A DNA stretch of 64,000 bases from Saccostrea cucullata (lineage: Eukaryota): contig NW_026940311.1 in the NCBI RefSeq assembly GCF_032062105.1, positions 1 through 64,000 of the forward strand, written 5' to 3'. A program made the position numbers and the translations under genes. The notes under the pieces are model-generated. The model saw nothing but the letters and a program-made list of their open reading frames with translations, had not been told where the DNA came from and did not search any database. Below, one piece after another: positions 26,201-40,788 of this stretch (positions within the stretch are counted from its first letter, which is position 1; each line of letters starts with the position of its first letter).

Positions 26201-29200
26201 AAAAATTTGGGGAGTTGGGGCATATTTTTCAATAGATTCACCTCAAAGAAGACATCATAACAGTTCATGGCCTCTGGCATGGGGACATCAAATTTGCCCA
26301 CTGATTTAGGTACAGGGGCACTGTCAATTTTTCCACCCAGCAGTTCCTTGTAGAACGTGTCAAACTTCTGTCGGCCATCATTGTCTACAACAGCAGCAAT
26401 GCTCCACGGGATGGAGAAAATCATGGCACTCTGAAACGAGGGGAAACCAAAATGTTCAATTTTTGTCAAATGAATGTTTATATTTGATGATTCTTGGACA
26501 TTTATTCATAGAATTGCAATGTAAAATGAAAATTACCATGGTGTAGTTCTTGATGTGCTTATTTTCATTAGCATCCTCCTTGCTCAGTGTCTCAGACATC
26601 AACATGTCTATCATGTACATCAGAGATCGGACCTGATTGGCCTGTTTTGACCCTAGATACTCCTGCAAATTGATAGATGTTTCTCAATACATTGTTGAAA
26701 GCATGTTTTACTGTAAAATAACAGAATTGTCTTTGGTAACTCAGTACAAAGGGGTTTTTTTGTGTCTTAGCTTCTCTTATGGGATATTTTTGCATCCTTC
26801 TTCATCAGACTTTCACCTTCAAGTTCTTTTAAATGTACAGGGTACATAATTTCATAGTAAATTTAAAAAAAAAATTTTCTCTTGATTTCTTTATTATCAA
26901 CTAAGAGGTTAAAAAATATGCATTAAAATCGTACTTTAGTATTTTTCCTGACAAAGTCTAGACAAGGATCGACCAGCCATTCAAACATGTCATGGACAAC
27001 TTCACCAGACTCCCGCGCCATGATTTCTCCAAAGGCTTCAATCCAGGACTTGACTATTGGTCGCCAGCCCAGGGTAGTGGGCTCTAAGTACACCATACCA
27101 CATCTACTCACTGTGGCTGGCTGATAGAGAGAGCAAAAGGAACTTTCCATCAAAATTTTGTATATATACATTGTATGGTTAATCCATTTGGAAAAGGAGA
27201 ATTTATTCAAGCAATTTTGATTTTCAAAAATGCAGAATATATAGAATTAATATTCCACTTCAGGGACAAATGTATTTTAATCTCAATTTCAATCAAAAGT
27301 GTTCAGAATCCCCATTAAACATCTCTTTATATTAGAAAATGACCAAATTCCCAAGAGCTATGCTTACCGAGGCCTGAGCTAAATCCATTGTTTCAAAGAT
27401 AAGACTCATGGGATTTGACATCTGTATAATTTCTCCACTCATCAGACACAGTTTCTTATTATCGTCCAACACTGTATTCATGTTTTCAATCCACAAGGCA
27501 TCAATTGGTCCATCAAACACAACCCACTTTCTGTCTGGAGTGTCAGTAGAAGCAAATTCTCTGAATGTATTGGCCACTACACCGTCTGTCCACTCATGAG
27601 AAACGGGGTCAAACTGTCCGAACAGCTGACCCATGGTGATGGATTTGGGATTGATGATTCTGTATAAGACTTTCTCATAGTCTTCATCATGTCCCTCTTC
27701 ATTCAGTAAGGTCATTCCCTCACACAGTGTTTCTATGACCATTGTCTTACAGCCAAATGGTTCACCCACCAACATGAAGCTGAAATGTTATAAAAAAGGA
27801 TGTAAAGATTTAGGTACAAGATAAAATTGTGATCATGAATTTGCCTATGCAAGAATATTACATGCATATCTTCATGACTTCTAAAAAATGAAATGTTTCT
27901 TAACAATAAAATGAAAAAATTTGATCAGAAAAAAGCTCCTTAATGTTTCTGGCTCAGACTTGCAGAAAATATGGTGCAATGCATAGTTTTTTTCACAACA
28001 ATTTTTTATTTTGAAAACACCAGGTTGCTCCCCCTTACCCGTGTCTGACTATCATCATTTCATAGGTCTGGATGAGTTTCTCTCGGAAGAAATCCACAAA
28101 CTGTAGGTTTTTCTTGGCCGCTACTCTTGTCATGGCGTCTAAGAAGACCTTGTAGTCAGCCTCTGGAAGCTTGACCCCGGGGAACAGATCAGATGTGATA
28201 CCATTAAACAGGGGAATGTCATGGGACAAGAACTTGGGAAGATTGACATCAATAATAGATCTCAGCAACTGAAACACAGAAAATATAGGTCATGGTCATA
28301 TGGTTAACCTTGATGAATTTTGTCTATATATCAATATGTAAAGCAAGTAACATTCCAATAGGTTATTTCAAAATACAAAGAACATTGTTTACGAGAATAA
28401 GGTTTTTCTAAATATTGGTTGCATTTTTACATTTTTTGCAAATACTGGTTGCAATTTTAAATTAAAAGTTGCAATCAATTTTTCAGAAATAATTAAAAAT
28501 ATCAGTTTTAAATCATCCCTTCATCTTTTGTCTTATCTTACCAGAATATCCTCATCCTCGTCGGGGAACCTGAGTTTGAGATTTCCAGCAGCTGACAGGA
28601 CAGCCTTTACAGCCCTCATTCCGTAATCATAGTGAAACTGTGAGGACAGCTGTTCAGAGCAGAGTCTGTACACAGTCACGATCTTAACAGAGAGGTTCCT
28701 GGCATTCTGGAAACCGAACGAGTACAGGGAAATCTCGGCAATCATAGCGTAGTCCGGAACCATCATAGCCACTGTCCGGAATAACACCTTCAGGTTGTCT
28801 GGAAGCTCCGAACGGCCGGCATAACCTGGATTCATGGTGATGCACACGTAACAGTTGGGATTCAGGGACAGCTCTGTGCCCTCAAAGATGAAGACATCGA
28901 CCTTTGCTCTCACGGCACGGATGATGCACAAAATCTACAAGCAAGAAGGATTTATTTTCACAAAGTAATTTATAAAGTATATAGTAGGCCAGTTTCACTG
29001 ACAATATAGTGACAGTCATATGTAATCATTTATTCTAAGAATATAATCAAAGTGGAAATATGCCAATAAATTATTACCTGCTGGGCAATGACAGACAAGA
29101 CTTCCAGATCAATTCTGTTGAATTCATCAAAGCAAGCCCAGGCACCAGCTGAAGCCAGACCTTTAAAGAACTGAAATAAAAAAAAATCACAAGTCATTTG

Positions 29201-32200
29201 AGTTGTTATTTTTATCATGTTCAGCATATAAAGCTGCATAGTAAAAAACATTTGAGAGAAAAATCTCAACAGTACAAAGGGAGTTCTATTTTCCTGAGCA
29301 ACATGCCGAAAATGTTTTATATTCAGCGCATACAATATTTAGTGGATATCAATTTTTTAACTTTCTTACTTGTGTGTGCAAGACATTTAGTGTTGTACAT
29401 AAATAAGTGGAAGTTGTTTTTTTTTCGCCAAAGGCGCTAAAAAGAATACACAGCCAAATGTATAATGTTTACAGTACAAATGACTCACTTTTCCCATAGC
29501 CAGGTAATCCAAGCCATCAGAGCAGTTAAACACCACACACTGGACAGCCAAAGCCTTGGCCAGATCCTTAGTGGTCTCTGTCTTTCCAGTTCCTGCTGGC
29601 CCCTCAGGAGCCCCATTCAGATTCAAATGGAATGCACCAATCAGAGTCCTGTAACACCTGTCAGTCAGTGGAGTGATGACCAATCGGGGTGTGTTACCTA
29701 GGTATTCATAAGCATACTTTACTGTAGCATTGGTCATCCTGACTCTCATGTTTTCTTCCTCCCAGTAGTAGCGGAGCTGAGCCAACCAGGCAAAGTCATT
29801 TTCAGAGGAGACACCTGTAAATTCAAACAGTTCCCAATTTTAATCTCATACTTTGAGAATACACCAGGATTTTTATTATCAAACAGTATTTATTCACAAT
29901 AGGTACATGTATATGGTATATGAGATTGGGTACATTTTTTTTGTAATGGCCCAAGTAAATATTATTTCAACATTAAAAGTATGTGAGAGCATATCTTATA
30001 GGAAAAATGGAAAATCCAAAATATTTTATGCATTGCCAAATGAATAATAAAGAAAAAATACAGTGTAGAAAAAAAGAATAGATTGCAATAACCTACCCTT
30101 CTCAGCCATCTGTAGCACTACATCTCTAGCGTGTACATCAATGACGACCAGGGCCCCCAGTGTGGTACGCGTCTGTTTGGAGAGTTTTCCTCGCACCAGG
30201 ACCACAATATCTCCCAGCTGGGCCTGCAGTTTGTCCCAGTAATCCTTCAGTCCCCCCGGTCCCCCTCTGATGGCCTCGTGAACCTCCTGTGTCCAGTAGG
30301 CCTGAGACACACATAGGACCACCTGACCGGGCCAGTCTCGGACCCAGTCAATACGCGCCTCAATGGCGTACGCCTGAAAATATAAACAACTTTAATAAGA
30401 AGCACTTCTTCATTGGTATTCTGATTTTATCTAATTCAAATTTTGCATCTCTTTGACTCTCTTATGCTTCCAAGATACTGAAAACACAATGACCTACCTC
30501 GAATAACATTTCATTAAAAAATTCCTCATATTGTTACATTACAACAGAACATCTTGCATTTAACAACATGTAGTGCCTGTTTATCATTAAAATATAACTG
30601 TGTTTTGACGATGCATGCATGTATTTTGTAAGTGTAACTCACTGTCTACATTTCCCAGATACACAAAAAGAGGACAATCATAGATAAAATTGCTTCATTA
30701 CAATATCTTATCAACAATCAGTATTCAATGTCAAATTTGTTAAATGAATTACACAACAGGAAATAAATATTAAAGTCATTCAAGTAGCACTTTACAATTG
30801 GTCAATTTACAAGTCATAAAATTTGGAAGAAAAAATCTACTTAGAGAGCAAGTCAACCTGCTACAGAACACCTACCTCCATGGAGTGTGCACACACATCC
30901 CTGACAGAAGCCAACATGACATCCTGTACTTGCAGCAGCCATTTCTCTACAGCCCCTCTGGCCTCCGAGGTCGATATTGTCTGTACCAACTTGATTTTCT
31001 CTCCTTCACTGCTAAACATAGCATGAATGTCCAGTTTACTATCAAATTCCAATTTGGCAATGCCTTCAAAGCACTTCTTCAAGTGCGGCTGCACTCTAAG
31101 TGGGTCTTTGGTTTCGGACAGAATTTCCAACATTTCATCGTTGGACAGGAAGAAAAATCGTGGGAAGAAGAGACGTTTCTTCTCTAAGTAGGCGTTCAGT
31201 CCCTTCATGATCTTATCCAGAAGACCATTGCTGTCTTGAAGTTTTTCCAACAGACCTGGCAGATTGGTTGCTACCAACACCTGGGAAATAGAAGAACATC
31301 GTTCCATAGCACATCTTCAAACTCAAGAAGAAACCTTTCATTTAGATTGCAACAGTGTCTTCTTTTTATTTTAAAGCAAAGGATTAGATATCAGGTGTAA
31401 AAGGCACTGGATTGAGGTTTTGGGACAAATTCTTTAAACCTTACAATTTCTTTTTGATCTTTAAATTTCAAAGTGCCATTTTTTTTTTCAAGCTGTCAAT
31501 AGCTGTTTCTTAAGGAAAACATGGTACTGTTGTAGAAGTAATCTATATTATTGTTTGACCCACCTTGGGGTCTTTGGTGGTGTGCCTCATCACATCCTTC
31601 CAGTTTTTGTCCACGATCTGGAACAGTCGCCCCTCCTCTGGCATCTGCTGCATGATGTCCTCGGAGGAGAAGATGGGCTCCAGGTACAGCCACTGGGACT
31701 GCACCTTCAGCCACTCGTCAATCGTGTCCTGGATTCTCAGCAGCCTCTCCTCCCATTCCTAGAAAATAACATTCATATATCAGCTGATTGGCAAATCATT
31801 TTTTTTTTTTCAATTATGATGAAATAATTAAAGGTTACTGATTGACTATATATCAGAAATATGCCCACTTAAGGACCTAGTGCCACATTTGCAGAATAAG
31901 ACTTATAAGACATTTTCAAATGTTTTTGGCATCCTTCTAACCATTAAAATTCAAAATCTGAAGTTCATCTCAAACGATGGGCTTTCTTTACCAAAGCAGT
32001 GAAAACAAACATACCTTGATTTCTGTTTCGAAGGGTTTGATGAATGGTGAGCCCCTCATGGTCTGGGTCTTTACGATCTGATCATCCAGTGTGGTCTGGA
32101 TATCGTCCACTGAGGACAGGATGCTGATTCCTGTGTCACGGTATGCGATCAGATTAAAGTTAATGGTGTCCCAGTCCTCCATCATCTTAGCCATGGCCTT

Positions 32201-35200
32201 CTCCAAGGAGTGTTCCTATAACACAATCAGAAAGTTGGTGTCAAATGCTAACAATGCATTTAATTTCTTACTAAGCAATGACTGTGTATATAATAGCTTT
32301 GCTCATGCAAGTGGTAAATGAAAATCCTTTCTAAGGTACATTTTGTCCCACTAAGTATTTTCTTTAAAGTAGTCATTTATAAGTGTTCCAAATACTTTAT
32401 GTATTTTTGGGGGGTTAAGGGGGTTGGGTGGGGGTTATGAAAGAAATGTTCATCAAAATGTTAATCTATAACTTCTTAACTCATATTTTTTTAATGATAT
32501 ACGTTTTATAGTTTAAAAAGTCATTGCTCATCTCTTTACCTTGGTGGCAGCTGCACTGATGCCCTCGAACATCTCCATGTGAGGAGCAATTTCCAATTTA
32601 AGGACTTTACGAAGCGTAGTTCCTGCGTTGGGTGTGATGTCGAAGCCCATGAGTTCAGACATTCTGGACCAATGACGAGGTCGCATACCCTTGTTGCACA
32701 TAACACCGATGATGGGAACATTTTCCTGAAAATTAATTTTCAAAATCAGAGAAAAATCGACAACCAAAGTACCAAAATACCATGTAAAAACAAAATAACA
32801 TCTTATTTCTGATCAACAAGTGTGCTGCTCACTTCAGAAAAAGGTTTCACAATTTAAAACAAATCAAATTTTCTTCATGTCTCCCCCTCTTAAAAAGTCA
32901 ACACTAGCCAAGCCTAAGCAGGTTAATATCACAATTAATATTCCCCCTCCTTTACCTTGAAGTCTCTCATGCTGTCCTGGACCTTGGTACAGATCTCCAT
33001 TCCCTGAGGTGTAACCACGACCTCGTCCTGATCCTCTGGGGCAATCTCCTGCCCGCTTTCCTCGGCGTGACGCCTTCGCTTCTTTCGTTCGCGGTTTCGA
33101 TCGTCGACCTCCATCTGGATTTTCTTGAGCCTCGAGTTGAACACCTTCTGGACTTTGTAGATCTCTCTGGTGTATTCATCCACCTCACCCTCCACTTGTT
33201 CTGCATCCAGGTCCATGAAAGCTCCATCCATCCATCTAATCACACAAATTTAAGATTAATTTTTTTTCCCCTACCAAAGTCACTATAAATTTTTCATTCC
33301 AAATCTGTATATTACTAACAGTATGATCTTAGATATGTTCTTTTTCTTTTCTCTTATTTTAAATTTGAAAAAGAAATCTATTCACAACGACTTAAAGTAA
33401 TCTCATACTTTTTCTCGGCTTTCTGCCACTTGAGCACAATGTTGAAGAGTCTGTAGAAGGGCTCCACTTGACTTGTGATTTCATCCACATCAGCTTGATA
33501 AGTGGAGATGGGGTACTTATACAGATGTTCTTCCTGTAGGAGAGAAAAGTCATTTCAGATTAACATAGAAATGTAAATAGTACCAGGTACATTAGAGTGT
33601 GTTCTAATTTATTTCCCTTATATCACAGTCAAATCAAAAAGTTATTCATAATCATCACTACTGGACGAAAAAAGTGCTGAGAATCCCAAATTTTACTGAT
33701 AATGTTTGATAATTACTGATACGGTGCTGTTCTTGCTGATAATTACTGATATTTACTGTTATTATTACTGTTGTTGCTGATAATTTTAGTTGTTGCTGAG
33801 AAATACTGATAATTACTGTCGTCTTTACTGTTGAGTTTGATAAATACTGATAAATACTGTTGATGTGCTGTCGATGCTGAGATTTACTGATAATTACTGT
33901 GGTCATTGTTTTTAACCTGGGAATGGGCTAAAATAGCCTGAGAAATAATTATTTGTTTTAAAAAAAAGTATTTTAACTATAAATTCATCATGGTATACTC
34001 AAAAAATAAATTATTCTAAATGAAAAGGTCACATTTTATTAATTTGTTTTCAGTTTCACTTTTCGTGTATTAATTTTATCATATTCATTTTTAGATCATA
34101 ATGTTAACATTAGCTTCCATAAATGTTTATGTTTTTCTTTACATTTATCCTTACACATAGTTGTTATTATCTGAGGAAAATTATTCTGTTGTATTTGCAG
34201 TGGTTTTTCTCTCCAAGTACTTACAAAACAAGTTTATTTTTTATTTAGAAAGGTTTAAAAAAAAATCTCATCTAAAATTATTTCTCACATCATGATGTAT
34301 ATGTACTGTCAAATAAAGCATTTAGTGGGCATCTTTATAAATAATACAGTCAATGGTTGTAAATATCAATTTATTTTACCGTGTGGGGAACTGAAAATGA
34401 CTATTCAAATGACAAATGTATGACCACATTTAGTTGAACCCCCCCCCCCCCACCACCACCACTTTCCATTTACTTGCTCTGATTTTACATGCTTTAAAAA
34501 GACAGTATTTAATATTTGTCAAAAAAAAAAAATCTATTCTTTGTCATTTTATTGAAGAATGTGACAGGTTTAAATAATAAAATTAAATCATCTTTAATTT
34601 GTTGAATAATTTTTTATATATATGTAGACAGTGCGCTAGCTCTAATTCTCTGATTTATACATAACGTAAGTCCTCCCTGCGAATTAAATTATACCAGTGT
34701 GTGATATCAACACATTCTATTTTTTTTTTAATTATTATTATTTATTTGTTAAGCAATCAGTATTGTACATTACATGACATAAATCTTATGCAGTTTGACA
34801 CAAACATTTCTTATTGCATATTTTCACTGGCATTGTTTCTTTTTTGTAACAATGCCTAAACAGTGTAGTTTAATATTTTTTCTTTAATGGAAACTTAGTT
34901 TTGCAAAAGTGTTCACTTTAATGCACTGACACTCACTAGACATTTACCCCCATCCCCTCCATCCCTGAAAATTAATAAAATTTTTGCATTCTTTTTAAGA
35001 AATTATGTGAAAAAAACTTTTCACTGACCTTGTTAATGAAGCTGATTTGTTCCTGTACATCGGCCAGACGTTTCTGTACAGCGCGGACATCTTGTACGTA
35101 CTGGGTCATCATGTCCAGTTCACCGTAATCATTAAATTCATCCACACGCTGTCGGAGTTTCTCCAGCTCTGCTATTACCTTCTCTCTCTTCTCCAATAAC

Positions 35201-38200
35201 TGGCGCTCTCCTGCTTGTTTAGATTTCTCTATCAGCTGAGTGCCAAAACCAAAACAGAAGTGTTATTCATAATATCAAGGATATTGTTGGTTGGGTATAA
35301 AAAGAGTTACCTCCCTTCTCATCACAGCACTTCAATGTTAAAAACTTTTGATATTAAATATTTATCCTCTTATAAGATATATTAAGTTTTGTTGTCAGTT
35401 TTATTACTGACAAATAGGGATGATATTATCAAGTAAAATTTAGCTCTATTTCCTCAAACCCCCTAACAGTTTAGGACCAAAAAATAAAACTTTGCTACAT
35501 AAATCCAAGAAGACACACCTCGTCATTTTCATCAAAGACTGGTGAGATTCTATTTGGCCAGGTCAGAACCTCACAGTTCAGTTCAATGTCCTCTGGTGGG
35601 AACATGTACACATCAATAAGATAGGCCAGCCGGTCCTTAGACTCCTTGATGCGTTCATTCAGTTTCACCATTCCACTGGTTCTAGCCTCCTGTGTGAACT
35701 TCACCATTTCCATCAACTCTTCACTGGAATCGGGGGTTTTCAGAGCCTTGTCTCTGATTGTCTGGAATTCCTCACAAATGCTGAAAAATTATATAAACAT
35801 TTCATGATAATTATAAAGTACAGGTATGAAATAGTTTTATTGATATTCTACAAAAACTGTGAGAAAAAAATCTTTTTTTTCCCAATGTGGTCATGGTTCT
35901 GTGAAATTGCAGTTTTGTTCAATATTGAGTTAAAAATATGAATTTCTTGGATTGCAATTGTTTTTATCTTAATTGTACTTTATATATGCTGAAAAAATTT
36001 GAGACCATGAACATAACATAAATTAATCCAACACAGAAAAAACTTATCTACTTTAGATCATTTTTTTTAAAGGATTATTTTTCAAAATACAACAGTACAT
36101 GTTTTAACTTAATATTTGAAAATGTTTTTAATTACAAAAGGCATATTAACATTAAGCAAACTGCAGTCACCCATTGAAATATGCCAATGCTTAATTCCTT
36201 ATACTTGCCTCTTGTTTTCAGCTCTGTGGTCGTCGGAGACTTTTCTAAGGAGTTCGTCAGCGAGTCCTCGGGCGGCCTCAGCCAATCCTCGCTTCAGGTC
36301 CTCGCAATCCAGACGAATCATGTCAAAGTGTTCTATACTCGGCAGTCCCATGATCTCACTGGCAAGATTTCTGTATCTATCAATATGCTACAAAGGAAAA
36401 TAAACATCAGTGTTATATAAAAATTAGAAATATTTCCTTTTTTTCTAGACAGGAATTTTGTATTTTGGGAAATCCATAAAATTATATTATAAAAATAGAA
36501 GATCTTACTTTCTGATACTCAGCAAAAGTGTGCTCATATTTCACGTATTCTTGAATTTCTTTCAGGGCTTCTCCATTCACGATGTAGTCATACCTCTTTA
36601 CTGTAAAAAAAATAACGATTTGTAAAAAAAATGAAATTCTATTCAATATCTCAAAAAACAGCTTTAATGTCAATTTACTTTTAAAAATTTGATAAAATAA
36701 AACAAAAAATATACCAAGACAAGCTCGTATAGTAAGTTAAAGATTTATCAAAAAATGACATAAATAAGACCACTCACCAAATGAATCTAGGTGTAACTGT
36801 GGCCCTTCAAATTCCCTCTTCACTGCCTCCTTCAACGTCTGAACTGCGGCTTTAACCACATGCTCTGCCACGGTGGCGTCTGTGTGGTTGACCGTGCTGC
36901 CACCGGCTAACCATGACTGGACGGTGGGCACCTGCTGCATGGCCTTACAGATGTGGTTGACCACAAAGAGGGCGGTCTCCTCTAAATCTTCCTTTGGGGG
37001 ATAAAACTGCATTTTCTGGTCATCAAAGGTCAGCTCCATCTTCATCAGAGGCAGCTTGGACTTGTCGTTAGGATCAAACAGAGTGACGTAACTGTCAATG
37101 GTTCTCACTAGTAAATCCTTCAGCTGGAAACAAAAATCAACATATGAATTAATATGCAACATCAAAAATTATATAAATTATATTTTTTTCATTTTGGTAG
37201 AGAGAAAGTTTTTTTAAGGCAAAAAGCAATTCTCCTTCAATGGTGAAGGTTGAATACTTTACCTGGTTTGAGATCAGTGTTGTCACACATTCAAAGAATG
37301 AGTCCAGCTTTTCAGCCTTGGGTGAAACAAATGTGTTCTTGTCTGCAAAGACATTGATAATGCCAGGGAACCAGCTGTTGTTCAATTTATCCTCTGTTTT
37401 CTCTAGATCCAGAATAAGGGTGTTCTTAAAGGACTCAAATTCTACTGGTCCATTGGCTCTGAAATAAAATAATTGAAAATTCAGGTCTAAAGTTTTAATC
37501 ATCTTTCTCAATCAGTTTTATATCAATATCAGAGTTTAAGACAATGCATAAGTGACATTTATTAAGCTCTAAGTTTTTGGTTCTAATCTCACTGAAATAA
37601 TAAAATTCAATTATCAAATAAACCTAAATCTTGATTGCATGTATTTTACATTAAGGAATTTCTATACTACACATGTTGTCCATTTTCAACCTTCCTTTAA
37701 AAGATTTTCAAAAATGCTCCTGCTACACTGAATCTGCTATATATATACTAGTATATGTCTGTGTCAATTTTAAGAGATCAGAATACAGGCACTTTTAAAA
37801 CAACACACCCCTGTTATTCATTACCTGAAGTTTGAGCAGTCTACAAGGATCATGTTGCCCAGTGTAGACTGACACATCCTGAGGACGGTCTGCATAGAGG
37901 GGTGGAGGGTGTGTAGGTTCTCCTTGATGTTCTGTCTGGCCGCCACGTAACTATCGTGCCATGGCCGAGAGTAGTCCAGTCCACTGAAATAAAAGGCAGA
38001 AGCGTTACCATATTTGTAAGAATTTCCTTTGGTCATAATCAAAATGAAAGTCTTCATTATACAGATATAGATGTTTTGTTTTCATTATTTGTGTAAATAT
38101 TTGAGTCATTTGTGTAAACATCTTTAATCTTGAACTAAGAGATGTGATTTTTTGTTTCAAATTGAAAATGGGTGTATGTGCTACAATTCTTTTTTCATAA

Positions 38201-40724
38201 TTATTCTTCATATTAAATTTTCAGCCACTAGAATTTGACATTTATAAACTATAACCTATATGAAAATTGTGTGTTTCCTTTATACATATCTCAAAGTTAC
38301 TAAACTGAAATATATAGTCATGTACTAAATCTACAAAACAGATTCATGAATCTAATAATCAAAGTTGAAACTATGACTGAAAAATAAAAAGATCTGCAAC
38401 AACTCAACTAGTTCATTCAACATCAATCATGCAATACAAAGAAACTGAATGGAAACTTCGTGACAAGATAAACTAAAGAAGCAGGACTCAAAAGAAGGTA
38501 AAAATGTCCAGTTGAAACAAAAGTTGAACTGAAAGCTGAAGTTCTGGTTGAACAATCCATGTAACTTACTTCTTTTGCAGAAATGTAAGCCTTGCAATGA
38601 ACATTTAGCAACATTAACAAAAAGTGAAAGTGTCTTGATTTAACAATGACAATGTTAAAACTCATAATAAAGTGAATTTAATATTCATGTAGCATAATAT
38701 TGGTAATAAAATTATCAAGTGACCAAAAATTGTTATAACAAGATATCAAAAGCATTCAAAAACAGTTTCTTTTATAAAATGACATGTAATACACAATATA
38801 AGTATATATATAAAAAAAGAATCATGCATATTTGATGCAATTTATATATGTTTGATATTTATACAATCAAAAATAATGTAAATTTTTCAATCCCCATTTC
38901 TCACTCTCTTTTTCATGAGTACACATGTACTACAAATTTATTTATTGTATTGAAACAAGCAGATATACAAGTACATTTAGAAAGCTTCCGTATGATGGCA
39001 TTACACTGCAATAAATATGTATTTAAAAAATATATAATCATAATGTGAATAATAAACCTTAATATCAAGTTTTCCTGACAAGACTCACCTTGGTTCTGAT
39101 GGCGGGGGCCCTGCCACATCATTGTCTAATCCCTTCACTTCGGGCTTTATCAGGACATGTTGTACTAAACAGAAGAGTAAAACTTATTACCTTGGGTTTC
39201 TACCAAGTCAATGATATACAGATGTATTTTTTCCCCATAATAACATATTCCTCCTTCAAGGAATAAAAAGTAAAGCATGTTTCTTGATATAAATAAATGT
39301 CCTTGAAATTAATTATATGCATGGCTTTATTTTATACATTCACAAAATTCTGCTTTTATGCCTTTACCCATAGATTTTTTCATGCTGGCGTTGTAGTCCT
39401 CCTTGACCTCGGCGAACAGGTCCCTGATGGAGGCCTGTAGAGCTGGGTTCTGCTGCAGCCTCTCCGGGACCATCTGTAGAATGTTGTCGTTCCAGTGACG
39501 CTGTACAGGAGTTACTGGCCCTGCCTCCACACACTTCTTCAGGTATTGATAGTTTAACTGCATTTTTGTAAAAAAAAATATGAATGTTAATATGTACAAA
39601 AAAATAGTCATAATGATTGCTGCAACTTTCATTTTAAAAAAGAAACATTACATGTAACTATATCTTCTTCAGTTGTGTGAAATAGGACAGTGATTCTGTA
39701 GCTATCAGAACTAAATTATTCTATCAAATGCACTATAATTATGACAGATTTATTATGTGTTTTTAAATAAAAACTCTTTGATTTTAATGTATTTTAAGAG
39801 TATAAAGCTCTTTGAAGTTTTTGTACATTTTATTAACATGCCCCCCCCCCAAGAAATTAAATGTGCTGTATCCAAAAAATTGCTTTTTTATACATATACA
39901 ATGTTTTTTATCATGATCCAAAGATCATTATGGGATTTCATTAATTTTATTTTCACATTTATTTGGCATCTCTTAATTTTCTAAATCTCCCAAATCATTA
40001 TCTTTTCTAATTCTTGAAATAGTCATGCGCATTTATCATGAAGGAAAACCCCATTTCAATATTTCCAATATGATTCAAATCTTAAGGAGTTAAAGTTTGC
40101 ATACTTAAAGAGACTAATTTAATTAAACACAAAAATCTTCTAGTTCAGTTTATGTTTTTTGTGACTCACTTTGGAAACTTTCCAGTTTGCATGAGGTTTT
40201 AGAATTGGCCATATTCCACCTCATTTAAATCCCAGTTAGGTTAGATTTGATACAAGTGTACACAGCTGATTGTTTAATGCATTACAGTTTATAGAATGCT
40301 CAGATTTTGGCAACATTCAGCTGTGCATGTTCTAATTTTTGCAATTTACAAAGTATAAATATGTAAGAGACTTTTATGTTATGTTGTACATATGATTCAA
40401 CTAAGAAATTTCTTTGTGTGTTTTATAATTTGATCTAAATTTAATAAACTTTTTTTTTCCTTTTCTTTCTTTATATATTTTTTTTTTACTTCCTAAAAAT
40501 AGTGACATTCACCGGCAACAAAAATACAAGAACAAGCAACAAAAACAGAATTACATGTACATATCAAATGAACAAACTCTCTGCTGTACTAACGGAATAT
40601 TTCCATCGCAGAAAGTTTGATTAATTTCATGTGTTATAAATGTACAAACAGTAAATGACGAATACATTGTGCTGATTTAAGTTATAATAAGGTATTGGAA
40701 ATGTTGAGTATAAGATGTTAAAGT

Positions 40725-40788
<64 letters not shown>

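Noticed and set aside
15699-37467. Many plus-strand ORFs in the track (e.g. 15699-16031, 17187-17480, 30798-31187)
   Set aside because: They are antisense shadows of dynein exons, with no independent splice structure or recognisable domains.
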